Shown here in pieces: positions 21,350-32,198 of a stretch of DNA of 64,000 nt (the stretch's first letter is position 1; every line of letters begins with the position of its first letter). Source of the stretch: Amoebophrya sp. A120 (taxonomy: Eukaryota > Protista > Dinoflagellata); assembly GCA_905178155.1 (NCBI GenBank), contig CAJINV010000011.1, positions 1,317,593 to 1,381,592 of the forward strand, in the 5' to 3' direction. A model generated the notes under the pieces. That model worked only from the letters and a program-made list of their open reading frames with translations. It was not told the DNA's origin and made no database searches. The position numbers and the translations under genes were made by a program.

Positions 21350-23842
21350 ATGTCGATTTCGGTGTCCTCATCCGCATTGGACTCAAGCGTTGCTCCACCA
21401 ACCAACTGCGACCTCGCATCCAATTCTACTGAGACCACATTGAAAAATATCTTAGCCACGAGGTCCGGTGCCGATTCCTGCGCAATAAATCCTGTTGAGC
21501 AGCAAAGAAATGCCTTGCGGCTCATCCGTATTCGCAATATTGGCGGAAATCCTGTCGACGTCTTCGTCGATCCGACGAAAGTGTGCACGGTAGGCGATCT
21601 ATCGAGCCACGATATCATCCGTAGCGCTTTTGGTGAGGACCAGCTACTTCCACCGGTGCATCGTCTGGCGTGGCTAAAGTTTGACGAGGGCGTCGAAGAT
21701 GTTGATCTCGGCGAAATCCAGCTGGAAGAACACGAGGTCGATAGAAGCACTTCCGAAGGTAGTGGCGACTTCGAGGAACACGGCGACGCACTCCAATCGA
21801 CGTGCTCCTCAATCCAGAGTAATTGTAATTCCCACCCGGAAGGAGCGTTTCTCCCCACGGAGACTGAAGTCGATTACTCCCTTTCGGCTCCACCGTCCTT
21901 TCAGTTTGTCGTGACTAGCCCAGAATTCGACGCCGCTGAACTCTTTAAGTTTGAGAACAGTCCGGTGGGCGCAAATGCTGGTGCTGCTCGTGCAGACGTC
22001 GAGCAACGACTTCTTGGCGAAGTTGATGAAGCTCCTCAGGACGAGGACGATCAGGATTACATAAATGCGCGGAGGATTGCGGCCTGGCATTACCGTGTGG
22101 AACGAATACTTCTCAAATTGTCCCTACAGGAGGCACGCACCTTCCTCTATGAGCAAAACTGGCGAGTGCTCGCCGAAGATTCGTCCGACTCCGAAGGTAT
22201 TGAATTTCTGCACTCTCGCATCAAAGCGTGGCTGCCATGGGGGCTAAAGGAGCACCAGCCTCGTGGTGGGCATGGGGCGCACTTCAGGTATGATGTGTTT
22301 TCTGAGGTGCCCGTGACGCTGGTTATGGCAATCATGGAGCTGTCAGAGGCGGAGTGGGCTCTTCACGAAAAGCTTTCGCAAGGAAGCCTCTTTGCTTTGT
22401 CGGAGAAGAGGAAGTATGTCTCATCCCTGCGCAGCATCTTTTTTCGCGCGGATGGGTTTCTCTACTTCCTAGATGGGGAGGAATGTTATTCCGATTGTAG
22501 GCAGCAACCGACCGAGGGCATCCGACTTCTTGACACTCTTTGCGAGAAATGTCTTGCGGTGTCGAAGCACGGTGAGCCTACACCTGGCGTGGCCGCAAAA
22601 AACATTGCAGACATGGTGATGCGCCGGCGCCGCTCTAGGGGTCTTCCACTTGTTAATCTCCGAGTGCTGCGCTATGCGGTCCGTGCCACGGTTCAGCTTT
22701 TCCGTCGTGGAGACGATCAGATCGGCAGCTGCAGCACACCAGCTGCGATTACAGAGTTCTGCCAGGCGTTAAGCGAGATCGACTTTGGTCCCAAAGGGAT
22801 CGCTGACAAGTGCAGAGAGGCCGCCATTTCGTTCCTGAAGGGACCCATCTGGCCCTACACGGATATGTGGCTGGAGGAGCATAACTGGCCATGGGGATAT
22901 GGGGAAGAAGAGGAACTGTGGAATCCGCTTTGCCTCGAGCCGTTCACGCACTATCGGACCAACACCCGCCGCTGCGTCCGGGATTTACACACAGTGGTTC
23001 TCTTAAGGTTGTTGGACATGAAGCGTCTCATCAAACATCTCATCATGCCACAGCTGCTCATCGATCGCAGCAAAGCCGCGGCCGCTTCTTTCGACAACTC
23101 AATCTCGCAGGAATGGGACATTCTCGGCTCTATGATTCCGGGATACGATAACATCGCCGAAGGCTTTTACTTTTTTGACGCGTATTGGCCTCCCCATCTG
23201 CTACATCGACGACCGAGTTTAACTTTTGAAGAATATACCCCACCTGATGGTGACGGGACAGAGACAGAGGTTGAGAGTCTTGGCGACGGGGATGATGCAC
23301 GAGAGGTAGCACCACCGGACGCAGTAAAAGCCACTGCAGCTGGCGCACAAAATTACATCTATGACTTTTCGCCAGTCCTTCAGCGCTTGGACGATTTGGC
23401 GTACCAGTGTATTCACGGGCCGCGAAACAAAATCCTGCACGATCTTGGAATTCCGCAGCGATGGAGGCAATTGCTAGAACGTTTGACCTGGGAAACAGAA
23501 TGCGATCACTGGAAGCAGGAATGGTATCAACAATTAGGACTGATTGGCCCGACTGCACCTCCTCTCCCTTGGAAGGACATGGAGCATTTTTGGGCCATCA
23601 GCGACAAGCCGCTGCGAAAGGCTGCTTTCTTCATTTGGCCTGATGCGGACATCGAAGAAGAGGCAGAGGACCACTTTGAATCAAAACCGTCGACGCATGC
23701 AACATGCTACAGATATTGCCAATATTCATGGAGATGTGAATATCAAGCGAACGCCCATACTGATACGGTTGAGGCGGTGCGGCGCTCGCGCCGGTGCTGG
23801 GGGGGATGGAAATGGAAAGCGGAAGATGGACGTCAATTCTAG
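21350..23842 (+). CDS. Unknown-family protein, paralog 2 of 3 (intronless)
   Basis: 830-aa ORF with the same motif series as 17430 and 25246. Confidence 0.85.
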   Translation: MSISVSSSALDSSVAPPTNCDLASNSTETTLKNILATRSGADSCAINPVEQQRNALRLIRIRNIGGNPVDVFVDPTKVCTVGDLSSHDIIRSAFGEDQLLPPVHRLAWLKFDEGVEDVDLGEIQLEEHEVDRSTSEGSGDFEEHGDALQSTCSSIQSNCNSHPEGAFLPTETEVDYSLSAPPSFQFVVTSPEFDAAELFKFENSPVGANAGAARADVEQRLLGEVDEAPQDEDDQDYINARRIAAWHYRVERILLKLSLQEARTFLYEQNWRVLAEDSSDSEGIEFLHSRIKAWLPWGLKEHQPRGGHGAHFRYDVFSEVPVTLVMAIMELSEAEWALHEKLSQGSLFALSEKRKYVSSLRSIFFRADGFLYFLDGEECYSDCRQQPTEGIRLLDTLCEKCLAVSKHGEPTPGVAAKNIADMVMRRRRSRGLPLVNLRVLRYAVRATVQLFRRGDDQIGSCSTPAAITEFCQALSEIDFGPKGIADKCREAAISFLKGPIWPYTDMWLEEHNWPWGYGEEEELWNPLCLEPFTHYRTNTRRCVRDLHTVVLLRLLDMKRLIKHLIMPQLLIDRSKAAAASFDNSISQEWDILGSMIPGYDNIAEGFYFFDAYWPPHLLHRRPSLTFEEYTPPDGDGTETEVESLGDGDDAREVAPPDAVKATAAGAQNYIYDFSPVLQRLDDLAYQCIHGPRNKILHDLGIPQRWRQLLERLTWETECDHWKQEWYQQLGLIGPTAPPLPWKDMEHFWAISDKPLRKAAFFIWPDADIEEEAEDHFESKPSTHATCYRYCQYSWRCEYQANAHTDTVEAVRRSRRCWGGWKWKAEDGRQF

Positions 23843-25245
23843 TTAAATGCGACAAAGATCTATTTATGGTTGTCGACATTTACAATCTCAACCAGCACAT
23901 TCATTGTCCTGCTCGAGCCCTCCAAGGACTCCTTGATTGTTTCGCTTTCGAGACTAATATCTACCACAACGAACGTTAAGAAATCCACATTTCTCATTTT
24001 TACTTCTCAGCATTTTTATCAATAATTGTATAGTTTTACATTATTATCAACTTCAACAGAATACAAAAACATTCGTAGGGACCGTATTAAAACCTCATTT
24101 CCTTTTGCCGTCGCTTGACAGTGTGAATAAAGAGCAGCCATATCCATACCCTGGCTCAGTTGTGCCAGCCCATATTTGTACACAAAAAGCAAGAAGTATG
24201 CGATCCATGTGAATGCATAAAGAAAGGAGATCAGTATGCAGTATACTGACCCTGAAAGTGAAACAGAGAATCCATATAGTGAATAGCGATAGCTGCTCGT
24301 CTTCGTCATCCAACGTTTATTTTTCTTTGCGCTCCTCCAGTGGACAATTGATGATATCTTCCAACCCGGAGAACAACTATGCTAAACAAGATTTTCATGA
24401 TTTTGCTCGATTCTGCTTGTTGTCATTGATGTCATTGTGTCGCGTATTACACGACCGCTGAGTGCGAGGTGACTGAATCTGAAACTGAAACGGAATTCCC
24501 GTGATGGAAATCATGAAAAATGAAATCAGTATTGCAGCAAAAAGCACGACGATGAACATGCATACACGACTCAGATTTGTTTTCGTGACTGCAGCACAAT
24601 TATGGGCGCAGCCACAGTGCCCTGAGCCAGGTATTGTTCTTGGATGGAACCGAAACAAACCGTCATTGTCCAACTTAGGATCTGCGTCTGCTGTTCCATG
24701 GATCTCTTTATTGTTGTATACGCGCAGATGACAGTCAACAACATCAGGAAGAAGAATAACAGAAGAATAACAATCAGCGCTTTTACTTGTTCTTTTTTGT
24801 CGTCTACAGCTACACAGTGAACAATCGTACCGAGGTTCCTGCTGGAGGAAGCGTGCTACAGCCTAAAACTGCGCAGCATTTTTTGTTTTGTTGAAAACGA
24901 TGCATCGATGGTTCAATTTTGGCTTTTGTCCTTGTCGCCATAAATTGCAGGGATATCTTCATTTATGTTCATGTCTTCATCTCATGAATAATATAATCGG
25001 ATTTTGTATTTCCTGGCACTTGTTTCTTGCGGCATCATTGATTTTCTGAACGGGTTCATGGAAATCCAAATCTCTTTCCGAGGCATCCAGGAGAGGACAA
25101 CAAGGAAGCATTTCCAACTGATAGTGGCTCAACTAGAAAGTCCAGAAACGTGCTTTTGATTCCATTTTTTCATTTTGATTTTGTCAACAACATTTATGTC
25201 ATGTTCCTTTCGCCCCCCTCGGAAGAAGCACTTGCTCAGTGCAAT

Positions 25246-27606
25246 ATGACCATGATTGCGCCGAGCCCAGATGCTGGCCCTGCAGCTCTTGATGCTACCA
25301 GGAAATGCGGCTCGCAGCTACGAACAACTCAAGCGACGTCCAGCTCCTGCTTGCAAGCTGCAAGCAGCTCATCTCCTTCTACTAGTTCAGCACTGACAAT
25401 GACCCCGACGCCCGCAGCTGGTGGGACGTCGCCCCCGTGCTGCTTACGGAAAATTCGAATTTGCAACATCACTGGAAAACCGATCGAGAAGCTTGTCGAT
25501 CCAACAAAGGTGGTGACTGTTGGCGACTTGTCGTCTTACGACCTGATTTCCGACTTTTTCGATGAGGACCAGTTGCTGCCCCCACTGCACCGGCTGGCAT
25601 GGCTGGAGGTTGTGGACGACGAGGAGGGGGACGACGAGAACGGACGACACGATGCACACGTCGGTGCTGGCGAGGACGTCCTCCCGGGATCGTGTTGCAG
25701 TGCGAGTGCTGACGCTTTTGCGGTGAATGTTGACGACGCATCCCTTGCGGACGGTGATTGTAAGCCGGAACAAAGCCTAAGCCATGATGACGTAGTCGAG
25801 GAGTGTTCGCATTACAAGACGGCAGATGTTGAGCAACAGGAACAACACCCGCAGGAGTTTCTCGACCCTCAGGCGCTCATCGACTACGGGAGCGTGGACG
25901 ACGAGCCGGCGTTTTCAACAACAACTGTACCAAGCAGGGTGGTTCTTGACCGGGTTCCCTCTTTTCAGTTCGTCATCACCGGGCCTGAAGAAATTGATTC
26001 GGACATCTTTGCTCCAAGAGCGACTTCACGACCAGGACTGGACGAAAACAAATCACCTCAAGCTCAGGATGAAGAAGACTGGTGTGAATGGAAAAGCCGA
26101 GTGGCGCGCATTCTCGGACAGTTTACGATGGAGCAGGCACGTAGTTTCTTATACGATCAAGGATGGAACGAAATCATTACGCACGCCCAGCACCACTACG
26201 CCCGATTTACCGAAGATAAGGAGAGGCTTTACGGATATCACGGTCATCTCTTTTGGCTCCCCTGTGGGTTGGAAGAATATCAGTATCAGTGCGAAAGGCG
26301 CAAGACTCCCGGCTTTCCATGCCCTGACAGGTACCAACCAGCGGACGAACCGGGTCGGGTCCCTTTGACCCTTCTCATCGCAGTTTTTGAATTGCCAGAA
26401 CCAGAGTGGGCGAAGCATGCGAGATCATCTTCAACCTCGACCACTTCGAAGCCTGGCGTGGACAGGTGGTTTGTGTGGTCCCAGAGAGCACAGTTCGCGA
26501 CCGAAATACGGATTCGATTTTTTTACATCCAGGGCATCACGTACTGGGCGACCTCAACACAAGAAGAGATTGACACGAGCCTCGAAAGTGATCCACCGCA
26601 AGAGAGCAAGCTCCTTGATGCGCTCGCCGACAAAGTCATCAGCATCTCGAACATGACTCCTTGCGAAGCGGCGGAACAGGTAGCTGCTGCTGCTGTGCTG
26701 CCGGGTTGGCCGGAAGATGCCGTGAATGAACAGGCGCTGCGACGAGGGATCCGCGCGGTGGTGCGAAATTTGCTGTACCGGTCTGGTGATGAAGCTCGCA
26801 TAGAAAGCAGCCAGGAAATACAGCAATTCTGCAAGGCTCTAGAGCACAGCGATAGGGCATTTGGACCCGAGGCGATAGCTCATCATTGTGCGCAGGCCAC
26901 TCTCAACTGGGTAAACGAATTTTTGTGGACGGATTACTGGGGCGAAAACGAAGGTCCTCCATCCGATCCCGAAAAGGCGTATCGCAAACGCACACAGGAG
27001 ATGCTTGACCGCACTCACAGTGTTGTTGACACCATTCTCTACAACATTCAATACATTGTACAGAAGATGGTATGGCCCCTGCTCGTCCGTCCGGACGCAC
27101 TTGGTTTGGAAGTTGGTGCAGCCCCCTGTGTCGTGGCGGACGCTTTCGTGCTGTCTCGGAAAAAGGGCGAGGCCAAGAAAGAGGCCCAAAGCCATACAGA
27201 GACCGCCTCGACTGGACCACCTCCAGTACCTGTGGAAGAACGACCCCCTGCTTTTGAGGAGCGCATTCGCAGTCCAGCACGTGACGGCGAAGCTAGTGAT
27301 GCTGGCGAACCAGATGAACGAACAACTTCTGAAAGAACTACAAGAATACTAGACGTCGTTGTCTATGACTTCACGGCCTTAAACGACCGCCTCCATATAC
27401 TTCGCCATGAACTCTCCGTCAAGAATGGGCCACGAAATAAAGTATTCCAAGAACTCGGCATCCCGCAGCGGTGGCGCGCGGAACTTGAAGAAATGGAGAG
27501 TGATGCCGAATTCGTTGCCGAACATGGAAAGCCGCCACTGCCATGGGCGGGTATCGAGGATCTCTTTGCCATCGGTGCTAAGCCCATTGCAGACAACAAG
27601 CATTAG
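25246..27606 (+). CDS. Unknown-family protein, paralog 3 of 3 (intronless)
   Basis: About 790 aa with the same motif series. Start could be 25201 or 25246. Confidence 0.85.
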   Translation: MTMIAPSPDAGPAALDATRKCGSQLRTTQATSSSCLQAASSSSPSTSSALTMTPTPAAGGTSPPCCLRKIRICNITGKPIEKLVDPTKVVTVGDLSSYDLISDFFDEDQLLPPLHRLAWLEVVDDEEGDDENGRHDAHVGAGEDVLPGSCCSASADAFAVNVDDASLADGDCKPEQSLSHDDVVEECSHYKTADVEQQEQHPQEFLDPQALIDYGSVDDEPAFSTTTVPSRVVLDRVPSFQFVITGPEEIDSDIFAPRATSRPGLDENKSPQAQDEEDWCEWKSRVARILGQFTMEQARSFLYDQGWNEIITHAQHHYARFTEDKERLYGYHGHLFWLPCGLEEYQYQCERRKTPGFPCPDRYQPADEPGRVPLTLLIAVFELPEPEWAKHARSSSTSTTSKPGVDRWFVWSQRAQFATEIRIRFFYIQGITYWATSTQEEIDTSLESDPPQESKLLDALADKVISISNMTPCEAAEQVAAAAVLPGWPEDAVNEQALRRGIRAVVRNLLYRSGDEARIESSQEIQQFCKALEHSDRAFGPEAIAHHCAQATLNWVNEFLWTDYWGENEGPPSDPEKAYRKRTQEMLDRTHSVVDTILYNIQYIVQKMVWPLLVRPDALGLEVGAAPCVVADAFVLSRKKGEAKKEAQSHTETASTGPPPVPVEERPPAFEERIRSPARDGEASDAGEPDERTTSERTTRILDVVVYDFTALNDRLHILRHELSVKNGPRNKVFQELGIPQRWRAELEEMESDAEFVAEHGKPPLPWAGIEDLFAIGAKPIADNKH

Positions 27607-28357
27607 TCCTTTCTTGCGATCGCTTGTTCATGATCAATCCGTGTTGAAATTGCTCAAAGCGACCAAAGAAAAATGAAAAGAAAAGGCTATCCCCCTGACA
27701 ACTCAAGTAAAAAGTGTTCGTCCTACTCTTGACCTTTTTGCAATAATCGCACCGTGTCGCTCTGGCCGGGCCACGTGAGAACACTTGACTCGCAACCCAA
27801 CCGGCCGATCTCGACCCCCCCACCGGACCTCGAGAAGCGCTGGCTGCTCGTCGCCAGATGTAGAAAGAGAAGCGGTCGTTGTAGCGCCAGATGTGAAGTA
27901 GAATGACGAGAGAGCTTGAGCTTGAAGATGCATTTTAATAATTTTTGGCGTAGGTCTCAGTCTGGGTCGTTCGTAATATTACTGGTCATTCGTCGTGGAA
28001 TTCGAAATCTACTTTCGTACTCGTAGCTGTGGTCGGCATGATATTATGTACGCGCTACAACATTGCGTCGCCTGACTTTGACGTGACCTCTGACCACAAG
28101 TATGCAGCCAGTATCGTCGTCTAAGCAAATGCTAACATCACTTTGTCTCAACAACTTCTTAGGGAACAGACGTGTTTTTTTTTTTCGCGAAAGGGACGTA
28201 GGTTCATTGGTACTTATGGCCTTGCCGCACAGAAAATAGGGAAGAAGGAAATATTATTTGTCACTATTGAAAAGTAATCGGAGAATCTCAAGTGTTTGAT
28301 TCGCATAAAGAGCAAGAAACGCAAGAAACGATTCTAGCGCTAAAAAGCAAATCAAAA

Positions 28358-30359
28358 ATGGTGAATTCGCAGCCGAATCGGTCGATCTCGACCCCTCCGC
28401 CGGACCTCCGGCGCCAGCACCGCAGCACCGCGGGTAGTGGCTTCGGTGTTGATAACAGGCTTCCACCAATCAACCAGGATAATTCTTCAACGAACAAAAC
28501 CAGTACAGGAAATGCTGCCCAACATGCGCGCGACACGACCGGTGCAGAGGCGTTCAAGAAAATCCAGCGGGCGATGCAGAAACACGCAATTATTGGGCAG
28601 GAAACGGTGAAACACCTCCGAAGACACTCCCAGGGGCGGAAGGCCAGCGAGTCGAGTTTGAACCGGGAACAGAGGTTGGCGGAGAAGTACAATTTGCCAA
28701 AAATCGAGGCTGAGGCCCGCATCGACACCAACAGGTTTGGCATGAAGAAAAAGCCAACACCAGGACTGAAGCCCGGGGACTTGGAGCAGGAACTCGTTCG
28801 GCGGGTAATCATATGGATAGCAAAAATGTCTGGGTCTGGAAGACTGCACCTTGTCATGCAGATTTTACATGACCCGTGACGTCTGTGATGTGTTCCCTAG
28901 CATCACAGATTTTCTGAGTGCTTCTTGATGCCTATTCCGCATGACAAATGCCCCAGCAAAGCTGGCATCACAAGTTCCAACTTTCCAGACCCAGACATTT
29001 TTGCATTCGATAAATCAAGGGCGATCACGATTGGGTCTACAACGCATTGTATCCTGTGCAAAAGCATCGTAGTCGTATTGCAATCATGCGTTACAAATCT
29101 TTTTTTTAAGGTACATCCGCATTACAAATTTTCTATTTATTTCTCATGCTGAGGAAATAGAAATTTGTAATGCATTTATACGAGTACGATACTTTTGCAG
29201 TTCATACCTTGCAGAAGGCAGGGAGAGATTTGCTGTTCTCCGAATGGGGCGGAGGAGTAACGAAGACCTGCATTCTGTACGCCGCGAATCGAGCAGGTAA
29301 GAGCAATAAGTAGAGTCATTGATAATTATGATTTTTACCATTGGAGGGATGAAGTTTTGTTTGCTCATTGATACGTGTTTGATGTCAGAATGATGCGTGG
29401 GCAACCCTACCTCCACCCAGTGTTGCGAACACCAACACGTGAAAAACAAATAAGTAAATTATATCACATCAGATCTCGACATGTGCAAGTTACTGTTGCG
29501 GTACGGGGGAAAGGAGCTTCTGGCAGTAAAGGATTTGAAGAACCGCGATGTGGCACACTACGCACGAAAACACGGCTTTGACATCGGCAGTCTCAAGGGC
29601 ATGGGCCAAGGACTCGTGGACTGCTGGAACTACCGAATTCTCATGCGCAAAGGGCCATATCAAATAGAAATGCAAATATAATTTGTCGTCCTGGGTGGTC
29701 GGTCTGCGAGAATGCAAGGTTATTTCTGATGCAGTTTGTTCTGCAAGAGCAAGACAGACAACACTTAGGCTACTTAGCAGCTCCTCAAAAATTTGCCATG
29801 CTCAGCTGTCAATGGAGGTGTGTGTCCGCGTGAAGATTCAGATTGATTCGCCACACGACAGCATTACAAGTTTATTCCAGACCCAGACAAGTATTTGCAT
29901 TTGATAGGCCACCAGGAAAGACCATGGGCGACCAAGACGGCGGGCCACATGATGGAGACAGCAGCACTAGTTACGATCCACTGGCAGGGGGAGCGTCGAT
30001 AATGGTACAACTGCAGCTATCATTTTTGAGCAGGGTTCATCTTGTGTTGAGCTGCTTGTTGATCGTGTTGATTCGATCTGTAGCAAATTGTGTAGTGGAA
30101 TAGAAGCACGCATAAGATGAACTTAATTAATATTGTGATGTTTCCATCGCATGAAAATTTTTACAAACAGAGCACCACCAGCACTGCAACGCTGGCAACA
30201 AATCACGGTGGAAACCCTCATCGAGGTGGTGGGGATGACGACGAGGAGAACTCGGTCTTGGAGCAGTACGGGCGGAGGAGGAAGCCCAGAAGGGCGAACC
30301 CAAACTACGACCACCAGCTCTCCGGATGTACTTTTTTTTGGCCCAAACAAATAAGATGA
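28358..30359 (+). CDS. Ankyrin-repeat-like protein (3 introners, 2 GT-AG introns)
   Basis: Spliced model gives ELVRRVIK|GDHDWVYNAL|QKAG...TCILYAANRA|DLDMCKLLLRYGGKELLAVKDLKNRDVAHYARKHG. GT-AG intron 29297-29472. The last exon is tentative. Confidence 0.65.
28812..29012. mobile_element. Introner family B
   Basis: TATGGATAGCAAAAATGTCTGGGTCTGGAA...TTCCAGACCCAGACATTTTTGCATTCGATA, DR AATCA/AATCA. Confidence 0.92.
29050..29206. mobile_element. Introner family A (reverse orientation)
   Basis: TATCCTGTGCAAAAGCATCG...CGATACTTTTGCAGTTCATA, DR CATTG/CCTTG. 162 nt removed in frame. Confidence 0.92.
29658..29906. mobile_element. Introner family B (degenerate left TIR; GC-AG register possible, 29654-29907)
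   Basis: TATCAAATAGAAATGCAAATA...CCAGACCCAGACAAGTATTTGCATTTGATA, DR GGCCA/GGCCA. Removing 254 nt gives RKGP|PGKTMG. Confidence 0.85.
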
Positions 30360-32198
30360 CGACAGTCATTGACTCCGTAGCAATTCAAAATGTGGTACTA
30401 TCGTGGCCGAAGTAAAAATAGCAGTAACTAAAAAAAGGCGGCTACGGCTTTGCTTTTGCATTTATAGTGATGTTATGCATCGTAAAATAGATGAGAACAG
30501 AAAAGAATTACTATCACACATCAACAGACATCAAGCTGCCAGCGCTCGCACAGGCGACGGCGACGCGGTCTCCCGGTAAGAATAAGAAGTAGACGTCGCT
30601 GCAGGGCGAGCGGGTAGAAGTACCGAGTGGACGTCTACCACTATGTCTCTCGTTCAAATTTTCACACACAAGCAAGACGATCTTTCTTTCTATGATACGA
30701 ATACGAATACAATTTGTCACGAACGACCAGTGTCGCTTTTAGTAACTACATTTGCACAGAGATCAGGTCTCCTTTTACATTTTTCAATATTGTCAACAAA
30801 ATTTCCTAGAAAGTTCTGAATAGATGAAATAGAATCAACGTAAACATCAAAACTGCGATCAGGATCAGACGTATCTATGACAAATATCAAAACTAAACTT
30901 TTGCAAAATCTAACCTTGTACAAATACAATCCATTTTTCTTTATCTTACTTACGCAAATTTCGTTTCTATCTTGTATACCACCTGATGGCATCATCAAAT
31001 GGGAGTGGAATGGGAGGATCGCTTATGAAAAATCCTTAACCTTGTATACCTTTTTGTCGCCGATGCGATTTCAATTTCATCTCTTTCTGTTTCAATGCAA
31101 TACGCACTGTGTACACTAGAATAAAGCCGTTGTTTTTATTCCGTTTCGTCGGGTTTCAAAAATTATCATGTACAAAAATTGTTGGAAAACTACAAAAGCT
31201 AAGTAGTACTAATTTCGTCCTCCAAAATAAAAAAATGTGCAAGCTCTCGACAAACGCCGCGCATTCAAGACTGCATCCTGCCATGCGCGAAGTCATCCAT
31301 TGTTGTTCCTCGCGAGCAAGCTCTAGCTCATCTATGTAGTACCTTGACACGACGCATTTTGGGATCCTTATCCTTCACATGTTGGTAGTACTATGGCTCG
31401 TCTTTTTGCTCAAGTTCTTTCATGGTTCACAAGACGCATCATCAAGTTCCCGCGTTTAGTACATCGAGATCGATCCACAAAACAAAGAAAACAAGACCGG
31501 CACGAAGCCCTTTTTATCCGAATAATTCGTGCCGTTTTTCACAGAATTTTTGCACAAACTCATTTTTGTTTCCCATTCATTCTTGATGTTGTCCTACACA
31601 GGTCGTCGCGACGCATAGTAAGATATCAAACTGACTCTTTTCTAGACCTGAAAGCCAGATGCACTGCGGCCAAACTACTTATACAAAAAGCGTTAATCAC
31701 TGAATAAACGAGTAGAATGCTTTTCTGCGCCGCACATTCCCCCTTTAATATTAGCGCCCGATTTTCATTACTTCGCGTTATGCTACAGGATCATTGTCCT
31801 ATTGTCCAACTCGATCCTGGTTTACAATTCCTTTAGAAAAGCTGCGCCTTACTAGCAACACCTATACGAACAAATTTAGACGAATTATATTCCGTCGATG
31901 AAGAAGTGAAGAGTCATGTCCTCATCTAGTGTCGACCTGCTAAGCCGAAAACTGAAAGTGCACAACAGCTAATTTCAGACCAACAGAACCTGGAATTTCT
32001 CAGTTCAGCAAACTGAGACTCGGCGGACAAGCGACGCTGTCGAGCAATAGCACGCCCTCGTCAGGACCTCCAGTCGATCAGCGCCTCGCGCTCCTGGCGG
32101 TTTCTGTGATAGTGCGGGCGGCTAGTTGTACAATCAATCTCTTCTCTTGAAACAGCACCTCTTACTTCACCCCCGACTCGGCCCAGCAAAAAATCACG

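Noticed and set aside
31399-31413. Relict dinoflagellate spliced-leader sequence (TTTTTGCTCAAG; also 48728 and 30374)
   Set aside because: Only short partial matches to CCGTAGCCATTTTGGCTCAAG and not placed at gene starts; compatible with chance.
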